Shown here in pieces: positions 18,954 to 30,700 of a stretch of DNA of 64,000 nt. This DNA comes from an uncultured Gemmatimonadales bacterium (GTDB lineage: Bacteria > Gemmatimonadota > Gemmatimonadetes > Longimicrobiales > Gaopeijiaceae). The stretch lies in NCBI GenBank assembly GCA_963823035.1, contig CAWGKG010000004.1:436081-500080 (forward strand), in the 5' to 3' direction. Under the pieces are notes generated by a model, which saw only the letters and a program-made list of their open reading frames with translations, was not told where the DNA came from and made no database searches. Both the position numbers and the translations under genes were made by a program. Positions within the stretch are counted from its first letter, which is position 1, and each line of letters begins with the position of its first letter.

Positions 18954-19928
18954 TCAGACTTCAGCCAGCCAGCGGGCGGCGTCGAGGGCATGGTAGGTGA
19001 GGACCATGTCCGCACCGGCGCGCCGGAAGCCCATGAGCGTCTCGAGCACCACGGCGCGCTCGTCGATCCACCCGCGCTCCGCGGCGGCCTTCACCATGCT
19101 GTACTCGCCCGAGACGTTGTACGCCGCGAGCGGATGGTTCGGGAACGCCTCGCGCGTGCGCCGCACCACGTCCAGGTACGCGAGGCCCGGCTTCACCATG
19201 AGGATGTCGGCGCCCTCGTCGATGTCCACCGCGTGCTCGAGCATCGCCTCCCGGCCGTTCGCCGGGTCCATCTGGTGGCTGCGCCGGTCGCCGAAGCGTG
19301 GCGCGCCGTCGGCCGCGTCCCTGAACGGACCGTAGTAGGAGGAGGCGTACTTGACGGAGTAGGAGAGGATCGGGGTGTCCATGTGGCCGTCCGCGTCCAG
19401 CCCCTCGCGGATCGCCCGCACCATCCCGTCCATCATGCCCGACGGCGCGACCACGTCGGCTCCGGCACGCGCGTGCGAGACGGCGGTGTTCGCGAGTCGC
19501 TCGAGGGTCGGATCGTTGAGAACGTTGCCCGCGTCGTCGAGAAGGCCGCAGTGCCCGTGCTCGGTGTACTCGCACAGGCAGACGTCCGTGATCAGCACAC
19601 CCCCGTACGCCCGGGCGCGCAACGCCCGCACGGCGCGCTGCACGATGCCCTCCTCGGCGTCGGCCTGGGATCCCCGCGCGTCCTTGTCACCGGGGATGCC
19701 GAAGAGGATCACGGCGCCCACGCCGGCGCCGTCCGCTTCGTCGGCCACCCGACCGAGCTCGCCGACCGGCCAGCGCATCACCCCCGGCATCGACTTGATC
19801 TCGGTCGGCTCGTCCTCGATCTCGGTCACGAAAAGGGGGAGGATGAGCTGGCGCGGATGGACGTGGTGCTCGCGCACCAGGGCGCGCAGGGCAGGGGTTC
19901 TGCGAAGGCGGCGAAGTCGCGTGTTCAC
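18954..19928 (-). CDS. hemB: Porphobilinogen synthase (Zn-binding type)
   Basis: [58 protein letters not shown] 19928 preferred over 19985. Confidence 0.96.
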   Translation of the reverse strand: MNTRLRRLRRTPALRALVREHHVHPRQLILPLFVTEIEDEPTEIKSMPGVMRWPVGELGRVADEADGAGVGAVILFGIPGDKDARGSQADAEEGIVQRAVRALRARAYGGVLITDVCLCEYTEHGHCGLLDDAGNVLNDPTLERLANTAVSHARAGADVVAPSGMMDGMVRAIREGLDADGHMDTPILSYSVKYASSYYGPFRDAADGAPRFGDRRSHQMDPANGREAMLEHAVDIDEGADILMVKPGLAYLDVVRRTREAFPNHPLAAYNVSGEYSMVKAAAERGWIDERAVVLETLMGFRRAGADMVLTYHALDAARWLAEV

Positions 19929-19966
19929 AATCGGATCCGGGTGTTTCGGACCTATCGGATTCAGGT

Positions 19967-20068
19967 AGGTGGAATCTCCCCTCACGCGCTGTGCCGCGAA
20001 ATCGGGAATCCCCCTCTACCTGGGTCCGTAGTTCGCCCGACCCGGCGGTGGGTAGGTGCCCGACCCCG
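19967..20068 (-). promoter_or_regulatory. Heme-operon upstream region with repeated operator-like motifs
   Basis: Minus strand reads GGTCGGGCACCTAC, GGTCGGGCGAACTACGGA, AGAGGGGGATTCCCGAT, AGGGGAGATTCCACCT. Confidence 0.5.
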
Positions 20069-20079
20069 TCCGGGGCCGG

Positions 20080-22745
20080 CTATTCGCCGCGCAGAGCCAC
20101 CATCGGATCCAGCCGCGACGCCCGGCGCGCCGGGACGAGGTTGGCCGCCGCCGCGACGATCACGAGGAGCGCCGTGACCACGACGTAGACGACCGGCTCG
20201 AGCGGACCCACCTCGACCAGGATGCCGGCCACGAACCCCCCTGCGGCCACGCTCGCGAGCAGCCCCACGCCCGCCCACGCGGCCACGAGCAGCATCCCCT
20301 GGCGGAACACCTGGCCGAGCACCTGGCCGTGCCGGGCGCCCACGGCCATGCGCACGCTGATCTCGCGGGCGCGCTGGCCCACCGAGTACGAGATCACGCC
20401 GTACAGGCCGGCGACGGCGAGGAGGAGGGCCACCGCGGAGAACGTGCCGATCAGCCAGGAGGTGGCCCTGCGGGTCCAGAGCGACCGGTCCATCGACTCG
20501 GACATCGTCCGCACGTCCGCCAGCGGCAGCTCCGGGTCGAGCTCCGCCGTCACACGGCGCGCCGTCGCGACGGCGTCGGCCGTGGGGCCGTCGTAGACCA
20601 TGGCGATGTTCATGCCCGAGCGCGGGAGCTGCCGCCACGGCTGGTACACGCCGGGCCGCATCGGCTCGTCCACGCCGTAGTGCTTCACGTCGCGGGTGAC
20701 GCCGACGACGGTCAGCCAGCTCCGTCTCGTCGTCCGGTGCGCTGGTGCCGGGCGCGATCCGCCGCCCTACCGCCTCCTCCACGCCACCCATCCGCGTGCG
20801 CGCGAACGTCTCGTTGACGATCACGACACCCGCTGCCCTCTTCGCGGCCGTCGAAGGCGTCGAAGTCGCGTCCGGCCAGGAGCTGGACGCCCATCGTCTC
20901 GAGGTAGCCGGGCGTGACCACACGGTTGAGCACCACCGGATTGGCGTCGTCGTCACCGCGCGGCTGCTCGCCCTCGACCACGTAGAAGCACCCCCAGTGC
21001 CCCGAGAGCGGCAGGCTGCTCGCCGCGGCGACGTGCTCGACGCCCCGCTCGGCTCCCAGGCGATCGAGGTACGACGCACGAACGCCTCCCGGCTGGCGGT
21101 GTCCGGATAGCGCGCCGTCGGGGAGCGAGATGGAGTACGCGGTGACGCGGTCGACCCGGAAGCCGGGGTCCACCCGGCCGAGCCGCCAGACATCGAGCGT
21201 GCTCAGCCCGCCGACCACGAGGAGCACCAGGGCCAGCGCCACCTCGCCCATCACGAGCAGACCCATCCCGCGACGCCGGGCCGCCGAGGCCGTGGTGCGG
21301 TTGCCGGGGGCGGCGTGGGTGCCGCGCGCCATGCGCAGCGCGGGGGCGAGCCCGAACAGGAGGGTCGCGGCCGCCGTGAGGAGGAGGCTGAACGCGAAGA
21401 TGCGCGCGTCCAGGTCGAAGGTGATCCACGGCGGGAAGCGGTCGGCCATGGCGGACACCAGCGCCCCCGAGCCCCAGAGGCCGAGGGCCGTGCCGCCCAA
21501 CGCGCCCAGGAGGGCCAACAGTGCGCTCTCGGTGAGGAGCTGCGAGGCGATGCGCAGCCTCCCGGCGCCCAGCGCGAGGCGCACCGCGATCTCGTCCTCG
21601 CGGGAGAGCGAGCGCGCGACCATGAGCCCCGCGATGTTGGCGCACGCGATGAGGAGCACGATGCCCACCGCCGCCAGGAGGAGTCCCGCGCCGAGGCGCA
21701 CGTCGCCAAGGTAGCGGTCGCGCAGCGAAGACATCACGGGCGAGGTGATCTCGTTCACGTCGCGCGACTCGATCTGCCCCTTGTGCACCGAGGTGAGGTC
21801 CGCGAGCGCGCGCTCCATCGTGACGCCGGGCGCCAGCCGACCCACCCCGGTCAGGTACCATCCGTCGGTGCTCGCCGGATCCTCCTGCAGGGGCGTCCAG
21901 AGCTGCGCGTCGGCCACGAAGCGCGCCTCCGGGGGGAGCACGCCGACGATCTCGTACGGCTCGCCGTCCAGCGAGATGCTCGTTCCCAGCACACCCGCGT
22001 CGCGATCGAAGCGCTGCGCCCAGAAGCCGTCGGAGAGGAGGACCACCTTCGGGCCGTCGGGCACATCCTCGGCGGCGGTGAAGAAGCGGCCCACCTCGGG
22101 CTCGAGGCGGAGGACGTCGTCGAGGTCGTGGGAGGCGGAGACGTAGGAGATGCGCTCCGCGGAGCCCTCGGAGGCGAAGTTCGCCCCGCCTCGGGTGTAG
22201 ACCGCCATCGAGGCGAACGTGCGGTTCGCCTCGCGCCACGCGACGAAGTCGGGGTAGGCGATGCCGACGTACTCGAGATTCCACTGCGGCGCGGTCTCGT
22301 CGAGGTCCACCAGCCGTCCCGCCTCGTCGAAGGGCAGGGGGCGCAGGAAGAGGCCGTCGAAGACGCGGAACATCGCCGCGTTCCCGGCGATGCCGACGAT
22401 CATCAGGAGGAGGATGAGCCCGGCGTAGAGCGGCTCGCGCAGGATGCGGCGCCAGGCGTAGCGGACATCGGCGATCATCTTCGACATGCTCTCTCCCCCG
22501 GCGACCCCCGTCGCCTGTCCCCGCGTTCCCCTCGCCCGCGTCCCCCACTCCGCCGCGGCGCCTCGCGCCACGTCCCAGGCGACGGAAGTCCAGAAGCGGA
22601 GGCCCGGCTGCCCGCACTCGTCCATCCACGCCGCCCGCATCTCGACGAACAGCCGCTCCATCTCGTCGCCTCGCGATCTGCGGAATGCAGGCGGGAAGAG
22701 GCGCAGCAGCGCCCGATAGGCACGCCGTCCGCGGTCGCGCTCCAT
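20080..22745 (-). CDS. ADOP-family duplicated ABC permease with N-terminal prefix domain (frameshifts ~20710-21100)
   Basis: AYRALLRLFPPAFR prefix; DVRYAWRR, GIAGNAAMF, LLIACANIAGL, EIAVRLALGAGR, GLYGVISYSV, PARRASRLDPMVALRGE. Confidence 0.9.
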
Positions 22746-22746
22746 G

Positions 22747-23067
22747 TCAGGAGAGCTCCGACTCGGCCGTTCGCACCCAGCGGGCCAGGAGATCCGACTC
22801 GCGGCGCAGCCGCTCGCGTCCCGCCGCGGTGAGCGCGTAGTACTGACGGCGCTCGTCGTCGGGCTCGTGGTCTGGAGAGGGCACCGACGCGATGAGCCCC
22901 TCCTCCTCGAGCGTGGCGAGCGAGCGGTAGAGCATGGCCGGCCACAGCCGCATGCCCTCCTCGGTCTGGTCGAGCACCGCGCGCTGGATCCCATAGCCGT
23001 GCAGGGGCCCTCCGGCCAGCGCCAGGAGGATCTGGAACCACTGCAGCTTCATCGGGCTGGGAATCAT
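22747..23067 (-). CDS. PadR-family transcriptional regulator
   Basis: FQILLALAGGPLHGYGI, LWPAMLYRSLATLEEEGLI, RRQYYALTAAGR. Directly upstream of the ADOP gene. Confidence 0.93.
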   Translation of the reverse strand: MIPSPMKLQWFQILLALAGGPLHGYGIQRAVLDQTEEGMRLWPAMLYRSLATLEEEGLIASVPSPDHEPDDERRQYYALTAAGRERLRRESDLLARWVRTAESELS

Positions 23068-23080
23068 GGCGGGCCCATTC

Positions 23081-23112
23081 GATATCAGATGGGATTGATA
23101 CCAAATGATATC
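23081..23112. promoter_or_regulatory. Tandem palindromic operator upstream of padR (probable autoregulatory site)
   Basis: AT-rich GATATCAGATGGGATT-GATACCAAATGATATC: two adjacent imperfect 16-bp palindromes 13 bp from the padR start. Confidence 0.65.
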
Positions 23113-23236
23113 ATATGGACCGTCGAAGCAAGCCCCGGTATCTGCCCGAGCCATCGAGTCGGCGGATGCACCGGGGCGGGCGTGCCGCGACGGACGGGGC
23201 GCGGTCGCGGAACGGCGAACCCGACCGGCTCGCTCT

Positions 23237-23900
23237 CTACGGCGTGTGCACGATCTCCACCGCCATTCTCGTGCGATCGTCTCCGTACACCGTGGCATAC
23301 GCCAACCTGCCCTCGTCGGCCGCGGGCACGTGAATGGCGCCGATGAACACGCGTGCGGTTTCATCCTTCTTGAAGTTCCGACGCGGCCCCGACTCGTAGC
23401 CGAGGGCCCTCCTACCACGCACGTCGCAGCCGACGCCGGTGTCGTCACTCGCGGCAACTCGCCCGTCGTCGAAGTTGCCCCTGCTGATCGGGCTGAACAC
23501 GGCGCGGCTCCCGGGCGTGTCGAGGTACGTGACTTCGAACAGCAGCGTCACGCAGCTGCCGTTGGAAACTCGCTGCCGGAGCCCACCGGGATCCTGCGAA
23601 CGCCTCGGCGAAGCGAGCGCCGCGGTGTTGAACAGGTAGGCGTAGACCGGGGCCTGGTGCTGCTCGTACTTCAACTGCGCCATGTGCTGCACGTTGTTCC
23701 GGTTGCTCAGACCCTGGGCCCCGTAGGACAGAGTCCGGATGGCCTTTTCCGGATGCGCCTTCTTCATGGCGCCGATGAGTGCCGTGGCCTTCTCGTCACC
23801 CAGGGACTCGGCGAGGGTCTGACGCCACTCCTGCTCGGTCGGGTTGGAGAGGAACCGCATGCCTTCCTCGGTCACCGAGCCGATCAGCATCGGCACGCAT
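23237..23900 (-). pseudogene. Chimeric remnant: internal carboxylesterase (type B)-like fragment joined to an unrelated C-terminal segment
   Basis: VPMLIGSVTEEG...KYEQHQAPVYAYLF resembles the middle of pNB-esterase-family proteins, but the GxSxG region and a plausible start are missing. Lower GC than the flanks. Confidence 0.5.
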
Positions 23901-24044
23901 TCCCCACCGCCTTGAGCTGCCGCGAGCGGCAGGAGCCACAACCCGATCCCCTCGTCGGTGCGCCTCCGGTGGTGTCGAGGAAGGTCGCAGCCCGGGGGGG
24001 CCGGGCTTGCTCGCGCGCACGCGCCCGCCGCATGTTCGCGCCCC

Positions 24045-24277
24045 ATGGACGACTATCCGAAGTACCGCTCCCACTGGATCCCGCGCACGCGCGACGGGCG
24101 CATCGCGACGGTGGCGTTCCTCCTCCTGTTCGCGCTGGCCATGCCGCCGTTCACGCACCGGTGCTCGACCGCATCTACCCGACGATCCTGGGGATGCCCT
24201 TCCTCTACGCGGTCCTCCTCTTCGTCTACGTCGCCCTCATCGGAGTCCTGATCTGGGCGCTCCGGCGCGGCGTGTAG
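24045..24277 (+). CDS. Small membrane partner of SSS transporter (DUF3311-like; 1 frameshift)
   Basis: MDDYPKYRSHW..AFLLLFALAMPPF..DRIYPTILGMPFLYAVLLFVYVALIGVLIWALRRGV*. Directly upstream of an SSS gene. Confidence 0.75.
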
Positions 24278-24290
24278 CGGGGGCCCGCCG

Positions 24291-25782
24291 ATGGAGCCCT
24301 GGGTCGTCTCGACGAGCCTGATCTTCGTCTACCTCCTCTTCACGCTGGTGCTGGGGATCGTGGCGAACCGGCGCATGAGCGTCGACATGGAGGACTTCCT
24401 CCTCTACGGGCGCAAGGCGGGCTTCGTCGTCCTGTACCTGACCGTGGTGGCCACCTTCCACTCCGCGTTCGCCTTCCTGGGATCGGGCGGCTTCTTCTAC
24501 ACGCACGGCATCGGCTTCTGGGCGGCCGGCACCTGGACCGTGCTGGTGGGCGCGATCACGTACGTGCTCGGCACGCGCATCTGGGCGCTCGGCAAGGCGT
24601 TCGGCTACATCACCCCGGCGGACATGCTCGCCGACTTCTACGAGTCGGAAACCGTGCGCGTCGCGGTGGCCGTGGTCTCGGTGGTGTTCACGATCCTCTA
24701 CATCCAGGTTCAGGCGAAGGGGCTCGGATACATCATCAACGTGGCCTCGGGCGGGCGCATCTCCATGGAGATCGGCACGTTCGTCCTCCTGGCCGTGGCG
24801 GCCGCCTACCTCATGGCGGGCGGGCTGCGCGCCGTGTACTGGACCGACGTGCTCCAGGGCATCTGGATGTACCTCGCGGTGTGGATCGGTGCGATCGTGC
24901 TCTCCTACGAGCTGTTCGGCGGCCCGCTCGAGCTGTGGCACGCCGTCGAGGCCGCGCACCCCGAGCTGCTCACCCTCCCGGGTCCGCGCGGGTTCTTCAC
25001 GCCGGGGATGTGGGTCGGCATGACGATCACGCTCTCCTTCGGCATCGTCTTCCAGCCGCACATGATGATCCGCTTCTACACGGCCGTGGACGCGAAGACG
25101 CTCAAGCTCCTCGGCGCCACCACGCCGATCTACCTGATGACGCTGTACATCCCGGCCGCGCTGGTGGGGCTGGGCGGGGCGGTGGCGCTGCCCGGGCTGG
25201 AGATCCCCGACCAGATCTTCCCCGAGCTGCTCTTCCGCTACTCCCCGGCCTGGCTGACGGGCCTCATCCTCGCGGGCGCGACCGCCGCGGCGATGTCGAC
25301 CCTCGACTCGATCCTGCACGCGAACATGACGGTGCTGACCCGCGACGTGTACCAGCGCTACGTCGCGCCGGAACGATCGCAGGCTCACTATGTGTTGGTG
25401 GGTCGCGTGATCGTGGTCGCGCTCCTGATCGTGGGCTACTTCCTGTCGGTGAAGACGTTCGGCTTCCTGGTGACGCTGGTGACGCTGTCCGGCTCGGGCG
25501 CGCTCCAGCTCATGCCGGCGATTCTGGGGGTGTGTTTCCCCGGCGGGAGGGTGCTGACGAGGGACGGGGTGCTCGCGGGACTGGCCGCGAGCATGGTGAC
25601 GCTCTACGTGACGCTGGTGGTGACGCCGCACCCGCTCGGGATGCACGGCGGGCATCTGGGCGCTGCTCGTGAACGCCATCGTCGCGGTGGCGGTCTCCGC
25701 CGTGACGGAGAAGCCGTCCGCGGATACGGTGCGGCGCGTCCACGGCGAGGTGGAGCGATTCGTCTACGGAACGGAGGAGTGA
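24291..25782 (+). CDS. Sodium:solute symporter family protein (frameshift ~25655)
   Basis: DFLLYGRKAG, ATFHSAFAFLGSGG, GYITPADML, GGLRAVYWTDVLQG, PHMMIRFY, AAAMSTLDS. Rebuilt end ...VERFVYGTEE*. Confidence 0.92.
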
Positions 25783-25787
25783 CGGAA

Positions 25788-26715
25788 ATGCGGACGGCGC
25801 GCGGACGACTCGACATGGCGAGGCCCTGGGTCCCGGTCCTCGGCGTGATGGCACTGACGATGGTCTGCCGCCCCGGGGTCGCGCAGCAGATGCGTGCGGG
25901 GCCGCCCGAGGTCGGTCCGGAGCACGGCTCCCTGGTGGTGGTGGGCGGCAACATGCGCGACCCGGAGATCTACCGGCGCTTCATCGAGCTGGCCGGCGGA
26001 CCGGACGCGCCGATCGTCATGATCCCCACGGCCGGGGGCGCCGAGGAGTACGACGCGTTCTATCAGGGGCTGGTCGCGTGGCGGGAGAACGGCGCGCGCA
26101 ACCTGATCGTGCTGCACACCACGGACCGCAAGGTCGCCGACACGGAGGCGTTCGTGGCGCCGCTGAAGACGGCGCACGGCGTCTTCTTCTTCGGGGGGCG
26201 GCAATGGCACCTCGTGGACGCGTACGCGGGGACACGCACCGAGACCGAGATCCGCAACGTGCTCGAGCGCGGCGGCGTGATCGGCGGCTCGTCCGCGGGG
26301 GCCTCGATCCAGGGCTCGTTCCTCGTGCGCGGCGACACCGAAGTCGAACGAGGTCATGATGGGCGACCATCAGGTCGGCTTCGGATACCTGAGGAACGTC
26401 GGCATCGACCAGCACGTGCTGCGCCGCAACCGCCAGTTCGACCTGATCGAGGTGGTGGAGGCGCACCCCGAGCTGCTCGGGATCGGGCTGGACGAGAACA
26501 CGGCCATGGTCGTGCAGGGCGACATGGCGGAGGTGATCGGCGCGTCCTACATGCTCGTCTACGACAACCGGAAGACCACGGGCGACGGCGGGAAGTTCTA
26601 CTTCCTGGCGCCGGGCGACCGCTTCGACCTGGCGAAGCGTGAGGCCGTACGGCCCGCGCAGACGATGCGCCCCGTGGAAGGGCCGCGGACCCTCCCCTGG
26701 GGTGCGGGGCGATGA
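25788..26715 (+). CDS. Secreted cyanophycinase-like peptidase S51 (frameshift ~26345)
   Basis: Signal-like N-terminus; GSLVVVGG, RFIELAGG, MIPTA, FFGGRQW, GGSSAGAS (catalytic Ser), IDQHVLRRNR, GIGLDENTA. Confidence 0.88.
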
Positions 26716-27707
26716 GCGCAGCCCGGCCGGGCGTGCGACGCCGGCGCGCGTCCGTCGGGTCGATCGCGGCGGCGATCCTGATCTCCGCCTGCGCCGAGCG
26801 TCCTCCCGAGCCGATCCCCATGGACCCGGCGCAGCACGCCGCGGCGGTCCAGGCCTTCGCGGACGCGCGCGTCGCGGAGCTGTCCGCGCCCGACTCCTGG
26901 CTGTCGCTGATCGGGCTCCTCTGGCTTTCCGAGGGTGAGAACACCGTCGGCTCCGCGCCCGACAACGACATCGTGCTGCCGGCGAAGGCGGCGCCCCGGG
27001 TGGGCACGCTCACGGTCGACGGGACCGACGTCCACTGGCGGACCGCGGCGGGCGTCACCGTCACGATGGGCGTGGACTCGACGCTCGACATGTCGGCCGG
27101 GTCGGGCGCCATCCCCCCGGACGTGTCGGGTGATCCCGCGGTCACCGAGGCCGACCTCTCGGAGAGCCCGGGCGAGGGGAAATTCGTGGTGCTCCGCCAC
27201 GGCGACCTCAACTGGATCATCATCCGTCGGGGTGACCGCATGGCCGTGCGCCTGCGCGACAACGCGAGCGCCATCTACGACGCCTTCCACGGCATCGACC
27301 GCTTCCCGACCTCGGAGGCATGGCGGGTGACGGCGCGCTGGGTGCCGCACGACAAGCGGGTCGCGGTGCCCAACGTGCTCGGGACGGTCGCGGAGGTGGC
27401 GTCGCCCGCGGCGCTCCACTTCTGGATCGACGGCCGGGAGATGACGCTGGACGTCCCCGGCGGGGAGGAACACGGTCGCTACATGCTCGTCTTCGCGGAC
27501 TCGACGAGCGGGCGCGAGACCTACGGCGGCGGTCGCTTCCTCTGGATCGACGGCCCCGACGCGGAGGGTCGCGTGGTGGTCGACTTCAACATGGCGTACA
27601 ACCCTCCCTGCGTCTGGACGGAGTTCGCGACCTGCCCACTTCCCACGAAGGACAACCGACTCCCCGTGGCCGTGGTGGCGGGGGAGAAGAACTGGGCAGC
27701 ACACTGA
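26712..27707 (+). CDS. DUF1684 family lipoprotein
   Basis: Lipobox ISAC; WLSLIGLLWL, FADSTSGRETYGGGRFL, DFNMAYNPPCVWTEFATCPLP..NRL. Confidence 0.9.
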   Translation: MSAARPGVRRRRASVGSIAAAILISACAERPPEPIPMDPAQHAAAVQAFADARVAELSAPDSWLSLIGLLWLSEGENTVGSAPDNDIVLPAKAAPRVGTLTVDGTDVHWRTAAGVTVTMGVDSTLDMSAGSGAIPPDVSGDPAVTEADLSESPGEGKFVVLRHGDLNWIIIRRGDRMAVRLRDNASAIYDAFHGIDRFPTSEAWRVTARWVPHDKRVAVPNVLGTVAEVASPAALHFWIDGREMTLDVPGGEEHGRYMLVFADSTSGRETYGGGRFLWIDGPDAEGRVVVDFNMAYNPPCVWTEFATCPLPTKDNRLPVAVVAGEKNWAAH

Positions 27708-27723
27708 GTCGAGGATTCCAACG

Positions 27724-30700
27724 ATGAAGACGACGCGGCCGTCCGCGCTCCTCCTGTTTCTCGCGACCACCGCCGCCGCGCCCCTCCGGGCGCAGGAGGC
27801 CCGACCCTTCCTCTACCAGCCGGCGCCGAGCCCGGACGGCTCGGAGATCGCCTTCGTCTCCTCCGGTGACATCTGGGTGGTGCCGGCCGCGGGGGGCGAT
27901 GCGCACCTCCTGGTCAGCCACGAAGCGGACGAATCGAGGCCGCTGTACGCGCCCGACGGGACGCGGCTCGCGTTCGTCTCGGATCGCGACGGCGACGACG
28001 ACATCTACGTGCTCACGCTCGCCACCGGCGAGGTGCGCCGCCTCACGTGGGGCGACGGCGCGGAGGAGCTGGACGCCTGGTCCCCCGACGGGAGGTGGAT
28101 CTACTTCGCCGACGGACGCGGCGACCCGGACGGGAAGGCCGACGTATGGCGCGTGTCCGCCGGCGGTGGCACGCCGATGCGCGTGCTCGCGGACCGCTTC
28201 GCCCCCGAGTTCCATGCGGCGGTGTCGCCGGACGGGCGCACGCTGGCGATCGCCGCGGTCGCGGGGATGGCGCAGTCGCAGTGGTGGAGGCACGGCCACG
28301 CGCACATCGACGAGTCCGAGATCTGGCTCGCCACCCCCGGCGAGCCCCCCTCGTACCGCAAGCTCTCGGAGAGCGGCTCCAAGAACGTCTCGCCGATGTG
28401 GTCGTCGGACGGGTCCACCCTCGTCTACGTCTCGGACCGCTCGGGCTCGGAGAACCTCTGGAGCCAGGCGACGGGGGGCGGCGAGGCGCGCGCGCTCACG
28501 AACTTCCGCGACGGGCGCCTCCTCTTCCCGACGGTCTCGGCGGACGGGCGCACGGTCGCCTTCGAGCGGGACTTCGGCATCTGGCGCATGACGCTGCCGG
28601 ACGGTCGCGCCGAGCGCGTGGCGGTGACGTTGGACGGCGCACCGCAGCGCACGGGCATCCAGCACCTGAGCCTCACGAGCGGCTTCGGCGAGCTCTCGCT
28701 CTCGCCCGACGGGAAGAAGGTGGCGTTCATCGCGCGCGGCGAGGTGTTCGCGGCGTCGGCGAAGGACGGTGGCCAGGCCACGCGGGTCACGCGCACGCTC
28801 GCACCCGAGGAGGAGGTGGCGTGGGCGCCCGATTCCCGTCGCATCGCCTACACGTCGCGTCGGTCGGGGAGGCCGAAGCTCTTCCTCTACGACTTCGGGA
28901 GCGACGAGGAGCGGGCGCTCACGACCGGGAACGGCTCGGACGTGACGCCGCGCTTCTCCCCCGACGGCGCGAAGGTGGCCTACGTGCGCGACGGACGGGA
29001 GGTCCACGTGCTCGACGTGGCCTCGGGCAGCGACCGCCGCGTGGCCGAGGGGCAGCTGTGGGGGGCGCCGTTCACGCTCGCCGAGCCGCTCGTCTGGTCA
29101 CCCGACGGAGCCTGGCTCGCCTACTTCGCCACGGACGCGCACATGTTCACGAACGTGTGGGTGGTGCCGTCGGACGGCGAGGGTGACCCCCGCCCGGTGA
29201 GCGAGCTGGCCAACTCCTCCGCGTCGTCGATGGCGTGGTCGAAGGACGGGAAGACGATCTACTTCGACACGCAACAGCGCACGGAGAACGGGGAGCTCGC
29301 CCGCGTCGACCTCGTGCCGCGTACGCCGACGTTTCGTGAGGACCGCTTCCGGGACCTCTTCCAGGAGGAGAAGAAGGGCGGGGGCGCCGATTCCACGGCG
29401 GCTGCCGGCGAGGCCCGGGACTCGACGACGCGCGTCGTCTTCGAGGCGGTGCGGCGGCGGCTCGAGCTGCTTCCAACGGGCGTGGACGTGGGCGCCATCG
29501 CGCTCAGCCCCGACGGGAAGACGCTCGTCTTCACGGCCGCGGCCGAGGGCCAGCAGAACCTCTACGCCTACAGCGTCGACCCGGAGCGCGACGAGCCGGC
29601 CGTGACGCGCCAGATCACCTCCACCCCCGGCTTCAAGAGCCTCCCGCGCTTCACGCCGGACGGGAAGGAGGTCTACTTCCTCGACCGCGGGCGGATCCGG
29701 GCGGCCAACGTCGCCTCCGGCGACGGGCGGGCCGTGGCCGTCACGGCCGAGCTGGACGTGGACTTCGACCAGGAGAAGGTGGAGGCGTTCGACGAGGGAT
29801 GGACCTACCTGCGCGACGACTTCTACGACGCGGCCTACCACGGCGCGGACTGGCAGGCCGTGCGCCGGACCTTCGAGCCCTACATCCGCGGCGCCGGGAC
29901 GCGCGCCGAGTACTCCCGCCTCATGAACATGATGGTCGGGGAGCTGAACGCCTCGCACCTCGGCCACGGCGTGCAGGGCCCGAGCGGCCCGAGCACGGGC
30001 GAGCTGGGGGTGCGCTTCGACCGGGCGACGTACGAGTCCTCCGGGCGGCTGCGCGTCACCGAGGTGGTGCACCTCGGCCCGGCCGACGTGTCCGGGGAGA
30101 TCGCGTCCGGGCGACTACATCCTCGCGGTGGACGGCACGGACGTCGGCGCAGACACGAACCTCGACCGCCTCCTGCAGGGGAAGGTGGGCGACAAGGTCA
30201 CGCTGCGCGTCGCCGCCGACGCCTCGGGCGCGGGCGCCCGCACCGTGACCGTGCAGCCGATGTCGGCCGGTCAGGAGCGCCAGCTCGCATACCGGGACTG
30301 GGTGGAGGCCAATCGCGCCTACGTCGACAGCGTGAGCGGCGGCCGGCTCGGCTACGTGCACATGGCCGACATGGGGTGGGGCTCGTACCGGCAGCTCGTG
30401 GAGGACCTCGACGCCGCCAACTTCGGGAAGGACGGCGTGGTCATCGACATCCGCAACAACCACGGCGGCTTCGTGAACGCGTACGCGCTCGACGTCTTCG
30501 CGCGCCGCGGCTACCTGACCCTGGAGATCCGCGGCTACCCGGAGACCCCCGCGCGCAGCCTCCTCGGCCAGCGGGCGCTGGAGAAGCCGACGGTCCTGGT
30601 CGTGAACCAGCACACGCTCTCGGACGGGGAGGACTTCACGGAGGGATACCGAACGCTCGGGCTGGGGGAGGTGGTGGGCGTGCCCACGGCCGGATGGATC

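Noticed and set aside
24291..26642. 783-aa SSS-cyanophycinase fusion in the ORF track
   Set aside because: A frameshift at ~25655 bypasses the natural SSS end (..VYGTEE* 25782), and the cyanophycinase has its own SD, ATG and signal peptide.
27800..29700. Recurrent TCGCCCGACGG-like DNA repeats
   Set aside because: They encode the SPDG turns of PD40 propeller blades; not a CRISPR or other DNA-level repeat.
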